A DNA stretch of 64,000 nucleotides from NCBI GenBank assembly GCA_963741945.1, contig CAVUKA010000001.1:128001-192000 (forward strand). The letters are read 5' to 3'. Below the pieces are notes generated by a model. That model did no database searches and was not told the origin of the DNA. It was given only the letters and a program-made list of their open reading frames with translations. Shown piece after piece: positions 40,872 to 50,449 of the stretch. Made by a program: the position numbers and the translations under genes. The first letter of the stretch is position 1; each line of letters starts with the position of its first letter. The stretch is from an uncultured Gemmatimonadales bacterium. Lineage in GTDB: Bacteria; Gemmatimonadota; Gemmatimonadetes; Longimicrobiales; RSA9.

Positions 40872-41009
40872 CCACCAGCTCACGCCGCCATTGATCAGCA
40901 GCATGGCGAGGATGACGAAGAAATCCTCCCAGCGACCGCCCACGGCCGGGAGCAGGACCGCCGCCTCCAGCATCCACGGGATCGGACCCCAGAAGTAGGA
41001 GAAGAACTT
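40872..41009 (-). pseudogene. remnant of a P3A plasma-membrane proton P-type ATPase (TM1-TM2)
   Basis: KFFSYFWGPIPWMLEAA...WEDFFVILAMLLING; no start codon and none of the remaining about 800 aa. Confidence 0.75.
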
Positions 41010-41175
41010 TGGACGTCTGCGGTGTAGGGGCGTCAAGATGTGTCGCAGAATACGTTCCGTTTCGCGGACGACGCGTCGGCCTGAAGACACTGGCACCGGA
41101 TTTCCGTCTGCTGACCGCCCCCTGTCCGCGATCGACGCTGCCTGGCCGACACAGGCCATGACAGGAGAGGTGCGG

Positions 41176-41652
41176 ATGCCCGGGATGGCGACGCTCACAA
41201 TGAACCCGGCGGTGGACGCGTTCGCCACCGTGGACCGGGTGGTGCCCGACGAGACGCTCCGCTGCCGCGACACGCGGCAGGACGCCGGCGGAGGTGGCAT
41301 CAACGTGGCGCGCGCCATCCTGCACCTGGGCGGCAAGGCCACCGCCATGTTCCCCATGGGCGGCCCCGAGGGAGACCTCCTCGCCGGCCTGCTCGAGGAC
41401 GAGGGCGTTCGGGTCGCCCCCGTCCGGATCAGCGGCTCGACACGCGAGGATCTGACCCTGTACGAGTCCCAATCGGCGCGGCAGTTCCGAGCTGGCCAGG
41501 CGCGACGTGAGGGAGGATCCGGAGCAGGAGGGCGGTTCGGCGTCGTTGCCGGCGCCGCCGCCGTCATGACCCCGGGCACCGAGCTGTGCCGCCCGGAGGA
41601 CACCGAACGGCTTTTCGAACGTATCCGCGACTCGAATGGAGATGGATCATGA
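41176..41652 (+). pseudogene. pfkB: PfkB / 1-phosphofructokinase-family kinase with internal in-frame deletion
   Basis: N-terminal TLTMNPAVD...GGGGINVAR and C-terminal GAAAVMTPGTELC are present, but the protein is only about 158 aa and lacks the GAGD motif. Confidence 0.8.
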
Positions 41653-43235
41653 CCGCGACGACCGACGAAGCTGCCGCTTCCTCCGCCGGGGAGATCGACG
41701 TGTCCGGGATCGGCGCCTTCATCTGCGACCTGGATGGCGTCCTGACGGACACTGCGGAGACCCACTTCCGCGCCTGGAAACGAATGTTCGACGATTACCT
41801 CCAGCAGCGGAACGGAGACGACGCCGAGCCGTTCACGCGCGACGACTACAGGGCCTACGTGGATGGCAAGCCGCGTTACGATGGTGCCCGGAGCTTCCTG
41901 GAGTCGCGGGGCATCGACCTTTCACGGGGCGAGCCTGACGACCCACCGGGCAGGGAGACTGTCTGCGGCCTGGGCAACCGGAAGCACCAGATCTTTCATC
42001 GACTCCTCGAGGAGGACGGCGTCGAGCGGATCGAGCCGGCGATCGCGTGGGCGAGGGCGGCGAAGCAGCGGGGCGTCCCGCTGGCCGTGGTGACGTGCAG
42101 CCGAAACGGCGAACGCGTCATGGAGGCCGCCGGCATCTCCGACCTGTTCGATGCCCGCGTGGACGGAAACGTGGGGCACGAGCTGGAGCTGCCCGGAAAG
42201 CCGGACCCCGCGTATTTCCTGGAAGCCGCGCGTCGCCTGGGCATCGCGCCCGAGCACGCGGCCGTGGTGGAGGACGCACGGGCGGGCGTGGAAGCCGGCC
42301 ACGACGGTGGTTTCGGCCTGGTTGTGGGCATCGCCGCGGACGGCGGCGCGGCCCTGCGGGACGCCGGCGCGGACGTCGTCGTGCACGACCTGGGTGAGCT
42401 GCCCCTCCCCGGCACGCCCGCGGGAACCCGCATCCGGGACCTCCCGCTCCTCCTGGAGCGCGAGGACCCCTTCCGCGCGCTGCTGGCCGACGATGGCCCC
42501 GCGCTCTTCATGGACTATGATGGCACGCTCACCGCCATCGTGCCGGACCCCGAAGACGCCCGGCTTCCCGAGGACACGCGTGATGCACTGGCCCGCGCGG
42601 CCGAAGTCTTCCCCGTGGCCATCATCAGCGGCCGGGACCTGGACGTGCTGCGGGACTTCGTCGGGCTCGATGGCCTCTACTACGCCGGCAGTCACGGCCT
42701 CCATATCCGGGAACCCGACGGCACGGAGCACGAGCGGGCCCGGGACTGGCTGCCGGCCCTCGACCGCGCGGAAGAGCGACTTCGGCAGCGCGTGGGTGGA
42801 ATCCCGGGCGCCGCAGTGGAGCGGAAGCGATTCGCCATCGCCGTGCATTACCGCAACACGCCGGACGACCGGGTGGGCGAAGTCCAGAAGCTGGCCCGGG
42901 AAGTGGCGGCGGACGAGGACCGACTCGAGCGATCCGGCGGCAAGAAGGTGGTCGAGCTGCGCCCCGACCTGGACTGGGACAAGGGCTCCGCCGTCCTCTG
43001 GATCCTCGAGCTGGTTTCCGGTGACCGGACGCTGCACCCCGTCTATGTCGGCGACGATGTGACCGATGAGGACGCGTTCCGCGCGCTCCCCCCCGACGGG
43101 ATGGGGATCGTGGTCCGCGGCGAGGATGACGCTCGGCACACCGCCGCCGACTTCGCCCTCACCGGTCCGGACCAGGTCCGGCTGCTGCTCGAGCGGCTCC
43201 TCGACATCAAGGAAACGAACAGAGGTCTGTCATGA
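41649..43235 (+). CDS. otsB: beta-phosphoglucomutase-like HAD fused to trehalose-6-phosphate phosphatase
   Basis: DLDGVLTD...GKPDP...VVED, followed by DYDGTL, ISGR, WDKG, GDDVTDED. Confidence 0.9.
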   Translation: MTATTDEAAASSAGEIDVSGIGAFICDLDGVLTDTAETHFRAWKRMFDDYLQQRNGDDAEPFTRDDYRAYVDGKPRYDGARSFLESRGIDLSRGEPDDPPGRETVCGLGNRKHQIFHRLLEEDGVERIEPAIAWARAAKQRGVPLAVVTCSRNGERVMEAAGISDLFDARVDGNVGHELELPGKPDPAYFLEAARRLGIAPEHAAVVEDARAGVEAGHDGGFGLVVGIAADGGAALRDAGADVVVHDLGELPLPGTPAGTRIRDLPLLLEREDPFRALLADDGPALFMDYDGTLTAIVPDPEDARLPEDTRDALARAAEVFPVAIISGRDLDVLRDFVGLDGLYYAGSHGLHIREPDGTEHERARDWLPALDRAEERLRQRVGGIPGAAVERKRFAIAVHYRNTPDDRVGEVQKLAREVAADEDRLERSGGKKVVELRPDLDWDKGSAVLWILELVSGDRTLHPVYVGDDVTDEDAFRALPPDGMGIVVRGEDDARHTAADFALTGPDQVRLLLERLLDIKETNRGLS

Positions 43236-43345
43236 TGGCGCGCACTACCCGGACACCTACCGGATCGGGCTCTATGATCGGCATGAGACCACGATCAACG
43301 ACACGACCGTTCCGAACGAGAGCCTCGTCAACTGGTTCACTCCCG
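43231..43345 (+). pseudogene. remnant of a GH65 (trehalose/maltose phosphorylase) N-terminus
   Basis: HDGAHYPDTYRIGLYDR...VPNESLVNW resembles the GH65 N-terminal HYPGTY..G.Y.R...ENEDLVN segment that normally follows otsB. Confidence 0.6.
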
Positions 43346-43389
43346 ATGACGCCGAGTTTGATCAGGACCCGAAAGGAAGGAGACGGCCG

Positions 43390-43620
43390 ATGATCGCAGC
43401 GCGCGTAGCGGAGCTCGTGGGAATGGCCATGATCGGCGATGGAGCGCTCGCGGTGCTTGCCCCCGATGGCCACGTCCGCGTCTGGGAGGAAGGCCCGGAG
43501 TGGTGGGAGAAGCTCCTGCGCCCGTTCTCCGGGCGACCCGGACTCACCCGGGCCGTGGGCGCGGCGGAGCTCGCGCTCGGCGTCGCCCTGGCCCTCGCCG
43601 CGACCCGCCAGGTGGAGTGA
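43390..43620 (+). CDS. small membrane protein
   Basis: AAGGAG RBS; MIGDG motif; two hydrophobic segments. Confidence 0.75.
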   Translation: MIAARVAELVGMAMIGDGALAVLAPDGHVRVWEEGPEWWEKLLRPFSGRPGLTRAVGAAELALGVALALAATRQVE

Positions 43621-44076
43621 CGGCGAGCGGCGGCGGCGGACGATCGACAGGGAAACCGGCCCCGGCTACGCGAACGACTCTTTCGGCGCCTGCAGCGTAA
43701 TGGCCCGCTCGTGGGTCGCGACCCGCTGGCAGCGTCTCGATGACGACGCAGTGCCGCCGCTCCGGATCCGCCAGTGCGCTGTTCCGGACCCGCCAGTGCC
43801 GTCGTGCGGCAGTCACGGACGGGGGCAACAGCCGTTCCTTGCCGCCCACCCTCCACTGGCGCCGGGCTGGGCGTTCGCCGGGCGGCCGGCACCGTCGGCG
43901 AAAGCCGGGCGGGGAATGGCGCCCGATGCGACGGGCGGTGCACGGCGGCCCGGCGGGTGGAGGATGCCGAGGGACGTGCCGTGGCACGGAATACCTCTTG
44001 CCCACGCGGGTGCGCGAGACGCCGGTGTGGTGACCGGTAGGCCGCCGCACCGACGTCACTCATTCCAAGAGGGGAG

Positions 44077-44769
44077 GTGACGATGGCAACCGTCGATCCT
44101 GACTTCGGGCGCAGCGAGACGACGCTGTTCCTGCGGCCGATCGCCGCCCCGTCGATCCTGGGGCTGTTCGGGTTCGCGGGGGCGACGTTCATCGTGTCCG
44201 CGCACATGGCCGGATGGTACGGCGACTCTGCAACCGCACTGTACCTGTTCCCGTTCGCCGCGTTCTTCGGCGGGCTGGCGCAGTTCTCCGCGGGGATGTG
44301 GTCCTTCCGCGCGCGTGATGGTCTCGCGACCGCCATGCACGGCATGTGGGGCGCGTTCTGGATGGCCTACGGGCTGCTCTACCTGCTGTTCGCCATGGGG
44401 ACGCTGACGGAGCCGAGTGGCGCGTTCCCGGAGCTGGGCTACTGGTTCATCGCGTTGGCGGCGATCACCTGGGCCGGCACGGCCGCCGCCACCGCGGAGA
44501 GCATCGGCCTGGTCGCCGTGCTCGGCCTCCTCGCGATCGGCTCGACCCTCGCGGCGATCGGGGAGCTGGGCGGGGCCGCGTGGCTGTCGGAGGCCGCCGG
44601 GTACGCGTTCATGATATCCGCCTTCTGCGCCTACTATGTCGCCACCGCGCTGATGCTCGAGGCGACGTTCGGCGAACCGAAGCTGCCGGTGGGGCTGACG
44701 GAGCGGGCACGCGCCGCGCCGGACGTGAACCCGGGTCGCGGCGAGCCGGGCGTGAAGCACGGGCAGTAA
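44077..44769 (+). CDS. GPR1/FUN34/YaaH (SatP-like) acetate uptake channel
   Basis: AAPSILGLFGFA, FFGGLAQF..G, GAFW; six TM helices. Confidence 0.85.
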   Translation: MTMATVDPDFGRSETTLFLRPIAAPSILGLFGFAGATFIVSAHMAGWYGDSATALYLFPFAAFFGGLAQFSAGMWSFRARDGLATAMHGMWGAFWMAYGLLYLLFAMGTLTEPSGAFPELGYWFIALAAITWAGTAAATAESIGLVAVLGLLAIGSTLAAIGELGGAAWLSEAAGYAFMISAFCAYYVATALMLEATFGEPKLPVGLTERARAAPDVNPGRGEPGVKHGQ

Positions 44770-44859
44770 CGGCCGACGCGCGGCAGGAGCCGCCGGGCGC
44801 ACCGCTCCGTCGGCTCCTCCGCACCGGCCTCGATTCCGCCCGGTGTCGCGGCCTCTCCC

Positions 44860-46995
44860 TCAGCGGCGACCGTTGAACGTCGCCCGCACGCCGAGGTGGA
44901 ACGCGCGGCCCGGCCCCGGCTCGAAGAACCGCCTGCCGAAGGCGTTCACGGCCACGGACGAGATGTAGTCGGTGTCGAGGATGTTGGAGATGCCGGCGAA
45001 GGGATCGACGCGGAGGCCAGGGGCGTCGACCGTCCATTCCCCCCGCACCGACAGAAGGGTGTAGCCGTCGGCAGCGTCGGTATTGGCATCGTCCACGGGC
45101 GTCCTGCCCGAGACCGTGGCATCGAGGGCGATGAGCGCGCGGTCGAGCCGACCGGTCAGCGTGCCTTCGAACCGGTGGGGTGTGACGCCGGGCACACGGT
45201 TCCCGCCATACTGCCTGGCGTCGACTTCGAAGTCGCGGAACCGGGCGTCGGTCCAGGTATAGGCCATGTCGGCCCGCAGGCGTGGCGTGACGGACACGGA
45301 GACGGCCGTCTCCACGCCCTGATGTCGGGTGGTGCCAGCATTTCGGTAGTACTGCCGGCCCGGCGACGTGGCGACCTCGAACGGGATGAGCGCGTCTCGC
45401 ACACGCGCCCGGTAGACTGCGACCTGGTACGTCAGGCGCCCCGCGTCGCCGCGCGCACCGAGCTCGACGGAGGTCGTCCGCTGGGGCTCGAGGTCGGGGT
45501 TGAAGCCACCGGCCGAGTCGGGCCGATTGACCAGCTCGGTCGTCGTCGGCGTCTCGAAGGCGGTCGCGACATTGGCGTAGAGATCGAGGGCGCCGGCGAG
45601 GCGCGCGCGCACGCCGGCCGTGGGACTGAACGCGCTCATGACGCGCTCTCCGCTGTCGTTGGGATCGCCGTCGGTGAACCGATCGCGCGCGCGGAAGCGG
45701 TAGCTGTCGTAGCGTGCTCCGGCAGTGAAGTCGACGTCGTTGCCGATGGGGAGCCGCGTGTGGGTGAAGGCGCCCAGCTGCCGCACCCATTCCACCTGAC
45801 TGAGCACCAGGTCGCCGCGCGCGCCGCCGTCGTTCTCATGGTTGCGCCGGTCGTCCCTCTGGAGCCCCGCCTCGCCGCCGACGGCCACGCCCACGGGCCC
45901 GATGCCACCGAGCCACAGGACGCGGCCTCCGGCGGCCCGACGGTGGAGGTCGATGATGACGGGGGGAATCGGGTTGTCCAGCGTCTTGAGCAGTCCCCAT
46001 CCCGTCAGCTCCACCCGGCCGGCGCCTGTCCGCCGATCCCACCGGAGCCCGACCAGCCCCTGCCGCCCGGCCTCGCTCGTCTTCTGGGCCACATTGGCCG
46101 GATTCGCCTGCGTCGGGTCGGCGCGCAGCTGATTGGCGGTGAGGGAGCCCGGGTTGTCGGCGGCATAGTCGACGAGGGCGCCCAGCGCATCGAGCCGGCC
46201 GCCGGCGAGGGATCCGCTGCCGCGGAAATCGGCGACGGTGCGACTCGATGCGGCGAAGGCGCGGAAGCCATCGACGTGGCGCCGCGTCAGGCGCGCCTGA
46301 TACGCGAAGCCGGCGCTGCGGCCGCCGACGCGCGTGTGGGCGCGCGCCAGGCCACCGCTCCCCGCCAGCAGCCCGGCCTGTACGGCCAGCGGGGCGTCGC
46401 CGGGATCGGTGGTGTGGATCATGACCACGCCGCCGGCCGCGTTGCCATAGATGGCCGAGGCTGGACCCCGCAGCACTTCCACCTCGCGCACCGCGGCCAG
46501 GTCGAGGCGGCTGAGATCGGTCTGGCCGTCGGGCAGTGTGGCCGGAATGCCGTCGATGTAGACCCTCACGCCGCGCACGCCGAACGCGGAGCGGGCGCCG
46601 AAGCCGCGGATGCTGAGCCGGTCACCGAGCGCCTCGTTGTAGCGGTTGTCGGCCTGGAGCCCCGGCACGCCGTGCAGCACGCCCGCGAGCCCCCGATCGG
46701 CGCGCGCGGCCGCGACGCGCTGCGGCCCGAGCACGCTGACCGCGTAGGGCGCCGCGGCCGCCCCGTCATCCGTGCGAACCACGATGGGAGGCAGGGAGAT
46801 GGGGGGCGCGGTGTCCCGGGCGGCTTCGCCTGCGGACGTCTGCGCGGACTGCCGAGCGGCCGCCGTACGGGCGGTATCGGGGACCTGTGCTCCGACGCCG
46901 GCCGGCAGCGCTGCGAGGGCCACGCCGGCCGGCAGCGCTGCGAGGATGGCGCGAGCCGCCGCGCGCAGGTGGAGGATGCGCGGGATGTGGTGCAT
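44860..46995 (-). CDS. TonB-dependent receptor, YncD/PqqU-like
   Basis: Plug SIRGFGARSAFGVRG...DGIPATLPDGQ, EVLRGPASAIYG; FETPT; C-terminal FEPGPGR. Confidence 0.9.
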   Translation of the reverse strand: MHHIPRILHLRAAARAILAALPAGVALAALPAGVGAQVPDTARTAAARQSAQTSAGEAARDTAPPISLPPIVVRTDDGAAAAPYAVSVLGPQRVAAARADRGLAGVLHGVPGLQADNRYNEALGDRLSIRGFGARSAFGVRGVRVYIDGIPATLPDGQTDLSRLDLAAVREVEVLRGPASAIYGNAAGGVVMIHTTDPGDAPLAVQAGLLAGSGGLARAHTRVGGRSAGFAYQARLTRRHVDGFRAFAASSRTVADFRGSGSLAGGRLDALGALVDYAADNPGSLTANQLRADPTQANPANVAQKTSEAGRQGLVGLRWDRRTGAGRVELTGWGLLKTLDNPIPPVIIDLHRRAAGGRVLWLGGIGPVGVAVGGEAGLQRDDRRNHENDGGARGDLVLSQVEWVRQLGAFTHTRLPIGNDVDFTAGARYDSYRFRARDRFTDGDPNDSGERVMSAFSPTAGVRARLAGALDLYANVATAFETPTTTELVNRPDSAGGFNPDLEPQRTTSVELGARGDAGRLTYQVAVYRARVRDALIPFEVATSPGRQYYRNAGTTRHQGVETAVSVSVTPRLRADMAYTWTDARFRDFEVDARQYGGNRVPGVTPHRFEGTLTGRLDRALIALDATVSGRTPVDDANTDAADGYTLLSVRGEWTVDAPGLRVDPFAGISNILDTDYISSVAVNAFGRRFFEPGPGRAFHLGVRATFNGRR
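46895..46945. repeat. 24-bp direct repeat (27-bp period) in the receptor signal peptide
   Basis: ACGCCGGCCGGCAGCGCTGCGAGG at 46895 and 46922, encoding LAALPAGV twice. Confidence 0.9.
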
Positions 46996-47152
46996 ACGCC
47001 TCGGTGCGAACGGGCGGATCCGCACGGGCGGCGCCCCGGGACGTGGGCGGATGCGCCGGCGCGATGAGTGGCAGCGGCATTGGCAACATCCGTTCCCTAC
47101 ACGCAGCGCGGAGCCGCAATGGGGGGCAGCCGGATCCGAGGGCGCTCGCGGC

Positions 47153-47434
47153 TCAGGGTTGACCGGATCGCGGACTGCTCAGCTCCTTCCTGAAGTCGCT
47201 CTCCTCTCGCAGGCGCCGGAGCTCGGACTCCGTTCCCTCCAGCTGGTTCTCCAGCAGCGACACCCTGGATTCGAGCGACGCCAGCCGACCCCCGGTCTCC
47301 GGCGTCTGCCGGACCAGCGCCAGAGACTCCACGATCGGTTTGAGCGCGAAGCGAGCGGTGATCCCCGCGACGGGGATGAGGATGACGAGCGTTCCCATGA
47401 TGACCGCGGCGAGCCCTACCCAGTCGATCGGCAT
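47153..47434 (-). CDS. small single-TM protein with coiled coil
   Basis: GGAGG RBS; MPIDW..., TM helix, then heptads RLASLESRVSLLENQL. Confidence 0.8.
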   Translation of the reverse strand: MPIDWVGLAAVIMGTLVILIPVAGITARFALKPIVESLALVRQTPETGGRLASLESRVSLLENQLEGTESELRRLREESDFRKELSSPRSGQP

Positions 47435-47541
47435 ATCGGTCCTCCCCCGTTCGGATTCGACACCGTGTGCGCGCTTCCGGCTGTACGGAGCGCCCGCGCC
47501 GCCGGTTTCGCAAGAGTCCGGAGCCGGCCGGTTCGGCCCGG

Positions 47542-48963
47542 CTATGGCAGCAGGGCGATCCCGCGCAGGAGCGAGAATGCCGGGCCGGCGGCGAGGCCGA
47601 GGGCGAGGGTGGCGAGCGCAGCGACGGCGAGGGTCCAGCGGGCCCAGGGACCGAGAACGGCCACGCGTGCGCCCGCCGCCGGGTCGTCGAAGTAGACGGG
47701 GGCGAGGACGCGCAGGTAGTAGAAGAGGGAAACCACGGTGTTCGCCACGGCCACGCCGGCGAGCCAGCCGTAGCCGGCGTCGATGGCGGCGCCGAACACC
47801 ACGAGCTTCCCGAAGAACCCCACGAGCGGGGGCACCCCCACCATGGACAGGAACGCCACGACGAGGGCGGCCGCGGCCCCCGGGCGAGCGGCGCCGAGGC
47901 CGTGGTAGTCGGCGAGGTTCGTGCGTCCCCGCAGGTGGGTGACCACGGCGAACGCCGCCATGGTAGCCATCCCGTAGCCGAGCAGGAAGAAGAGGAGCGC
48001 GGGGAGCGCGAGCGGCGTGCGTCCGAGCACCACCACGGCCACCAGCGCGTACCCGGACTGGGACACCGACGACCAGCCGATCAGCCGGCGCACGTCGGTC
48101 TGCCAGAGCGCGGCCAGGTTGCCGATGCTCATGGTCGCAACGGCCAGGGCGGCCACCAGCAGACGCCACGGCACCATCCCTTCCGGCACCAGCATCAGCA
48201 AACGGCCCAGCGCCACGAGCGCGCCGATCTTCGGCACCACGCCCAGGAACGCCGCCGATGGCGCGGGCGCCCCCTCCGCCACGTCCGGGAGCCATGCGTG
48301 GGCGGGGAACGCGGCCAGCTTGTATGCCAGTCCCACGGCGACGAAGCCGATGGCCACCAGCACGCCCCAGGAGGATGGGGGCGGTCGGCTGGCGAGCGCC
48401 GCCTGCGTCGCCGGGTAGCCGGTGTCGCCGACCAGGCCGAACAGCAGCACCACGCCCGTGGCCAGCAGCGCGTTGGCCAGGGCGCCGATGAGGAAGTACT
48501 TCATCCCCGCCTCGACGGAGAGCGGCCAGTCGCGGTGGTAGGCGGCGAGGGTGAAGCCGGTGACGGAGGAGAGGAGGACGGCAATGACCAGCTCCATGGT
48601 GTCGGCGGCGCCGGCCATGAGGATGGCGCCAAGGGCGGAGAGGAGGAGCACCCCATAGTACTCGCCGTGGCGGCGGTCCTCGCGCAGCCACTCCGGTGTG
48701 AGCCCCGCCGAGAGGGCCGTGAAGGCGAGGATGAGGAGCGATGCGGCCGCCGTGGCGCCGTCGAGCGCCCAGCTCCCGCGGAACGTGAGCCGCGGCGCTC
48801 CCGTTCCACGGGTGACGACGAACGCGGCCGCCGCTGCGAGCCCGGCGAGGGCGATGAGGGCGCCCCACCAGTGCCGCCGCTGCGCCACGAACGAAGCGGT
48901 CAGGACCGCGACAATGGCGGAGACCAGGAGCGCGATCTCGGGAAGGACGTCGCCGACCGGCAT
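47542..48963 (-). CDS. nuoN: NuoN-like antiporter subunit
   Basis: EAGMKYF, YKLAAFPAHAWLPDVAEGAP, VPKIG, GFFGK, SLFYYLR. Confidence 0.9.
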   Translation of the reverse strand: MPVGDVLPEIALLVSAIVAVLTASFVAQRRHWWGALIALAGLAAAAAFVVTRGTGAPRLTFRGSWALDGATAAASLLILAFTALSAGLTPEWLREDRRHGEYYGVLLLSALGAILMAGAADTMELVIAVLLSSVTGFTLAAYHRDWPLSVEAGMKYFLIGALANALLATGVVLLFGLVGDTGYPATQAALASRPPPSSWGVLVAIGFVAVGLAYKLAAFPAHAWLPDVAEGAPAPSAAFLGVVPKIGALVALGRLLMLVPEGMVPWRLLVAALAVATMSIGNLAALWQTDVRRLIGWSSVSQSGYALVAVVVLGRTPLALPALLFFLLGYGMATMAAFAVVTHLRGRTNLADYHGLGAARPGAAAALVVAFLSMVGVPPLVGFFGKLVVFGAAIDAGYGWLAGVAVANTVVSLFYYLRVLAPVYFDDPAAGARVAVLGPWARWTLAVAALATLALGLAAGPAFSLLRGIALLP

Positions 48964-50445
48964 TCAGCGCCCCACCACCAGGAACCCGGCGGTGCTCTCG
49001 ACGAGCGTGAGGAGGAAGCGCGGGTAGACCCCGATGGCGATCACCGCGGCCAGCAGCACTCCGAGCACCGCGCGCTCCGAGCGCGACAGGTCCGGGAATG
49101 CCGCCCATCGCTCGGGCAGCTCGCCGGTGAAGAGGTCGCGCAGCATGAGCAGGAAGAGGGCGGCCGTGACCAGCACGCCGACCAGGGCCAGCCCGGCGAG
49201 CCAGGGGAAGACGCCGAACGTGCCGATGAAGATCTGGATCTCGGCCACGAAGCCGGCCAGGCCGGGGAGGCCGAGGCTGGCGAAGGCGGCCACGACGGCG
49301 GCGACGGCGAGCACGGGGGCCGGACCGGCCAGCCCGCCGAACGCGCCGAGGTCGTACTCCTTCGCCCGCTGCCAGAACGACCCCGCGATGAGGAAGAGGG
49401 ATCCCGTGATGAGCCCGTGCGCCACCATCTCCACTGTGGCCCCGGTGAGCGCGAGCCGGCGCGCTCCTTCGGCGCCGTGGAGCGCCCCGCCCGCGGCCGC
49501 GATCCCCAGAACGGCATAGCCCATGTGATTGACCGACGTGTAGGCGATCCGCCGCTTCAGGTCGCGCTGCGCCAGGGCGACGAGGGCGCCATAGAGGATC
49601 GAGACCAGCGCGATGACGCCGATGACGAACGCGTAACGGTGGAAGGTCTCGCGCATCATGGAATACGGGATCCGGATCAGCCCGTACGTCCCCATCTTGA
49701 GCAGTACGCCTGCCAGGATCGCGGAGCCCGGGCCTGGCGCATCCACGTGCGCAGGGGGCAGCCAGGTGTGGACGGGGACCACGGGCGTCTTCACGCCCAG
49801 CCCGATGCCGAAGCCGAGGAGCGCGAGGCCGGCCAGGCCGCTGCCGGCCAGCGGCTGCTGCGCGATGATGGCGCGCATGTCGAAGGTGCGGGGGTCCGTC
49901 GCCAGGTACAGGGCGAGGATCGCCAGCAGCATCGTGAGTGACCCGGCCAGCGTGTAGAGGAAGAACTTGAGGGCGGCGCGGCGGGCGTCGCCGTGGCCCC
50001 ACCGGCCGATGAGGAAGAACATCCCCACCAGGCTCAGGTCGAAGAAGACGTAGAAGAGCAGCAGGTCCAGCGCGAGGAACACGCCCAGCGAGACGGACTC
50101 GAGGAACAGGAGCCAGGCGTAGTACTGGCGCGGCCGCCCCTTCGTGTCCACCGGATAGGCCGTGGCGCCGGAAAAGAGGAGGGCGCTCATGGTGGCGACC
50201 GCGAGGGCGATTCCGTCGACACCGAGGCGATAGCCGACGCCGAGCGAAGGGACCCACGGCACGTCCACCACGAGCTGGAACTGTGGTCCGGCCGTGTCGA
50301 AGCGGAGCCACGCCCCCACGAGCAGGAGGAAGGGGACCGCCGCGGCGACCATGGCAAAGCGCCGCGCCGCGGCTTCGCTCCAGCCAGGCCGGAGCGCCAG
50401 CGCGAGGGCGGAAAGGAGCGGCACCACGAGTGTCGCCGTCAGCAT
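48964..50445 (-). CDS. nuoM: NuoM-like antiporter subunit
   Basis: LGVDG, KFFLYT, VKTPVVPVHTWLP, LLKMGTYG, GFVAE. Confidence 0.92.
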   Translation of the reverse strand: MLTATLVVPLLSALALALRPGWSEAAARRFAMVAAAVPFLLLVGAWLRFDTAGPQFQLVVDVPWVPSLGVGYRLGVDGIALAVATMSALLFSGATAYPVDTKGRPRQYYAWLLFLESVSLGVFLALDLLLFYVFFDLSLVGMFFLIGRWGHGDARRAALKFFLYTLAGSLTMLLAILALYLATDPRTFDMRAIIAQQPLAGSGLAGLALLGFGIGLGVKTPVVPVHTWLPPAHVDAPGPGSAILAGVLLKMGTYGLIRIPYSMMRETFHRYAFVIGVIALVSILYGALVALAQRDLKRRIAYTSVNHMGYAVLGIAAAGGALHGAEGARRLALTGATVEMVAHGLITGSLFLIAGSFWQRAKEYDLGAFGGLAGPAPVLAVAAVVAAFASLGLPGLAGFVAEIQIFIGTFGVFPWLAGLALVGVLVTAALFLLMLRDLFTGELPERWAAFPDLSRSERAVLGVLLAAVIAIGVYPRFLLTLVESTAGFLVVGR

Positions 50446-50449
50446 CGGT

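Noticed and set aside
43621-44076. Intergenic stretch with a short duplicated TCCGGAyCCGCCAGTGC and a TGGCAC sigma54-like element
   Set aside because: Only two copies with no spacer pattern; TGGCAC lacks a correctly spaced TTGC; no credible ORF.
47153-50311. 1052-aa Arg/Pro-rich ORF
   Set aside because: Off-frame overlap of nuoM/nuoN; only the last 93 aa, which have their own RBS, look real.
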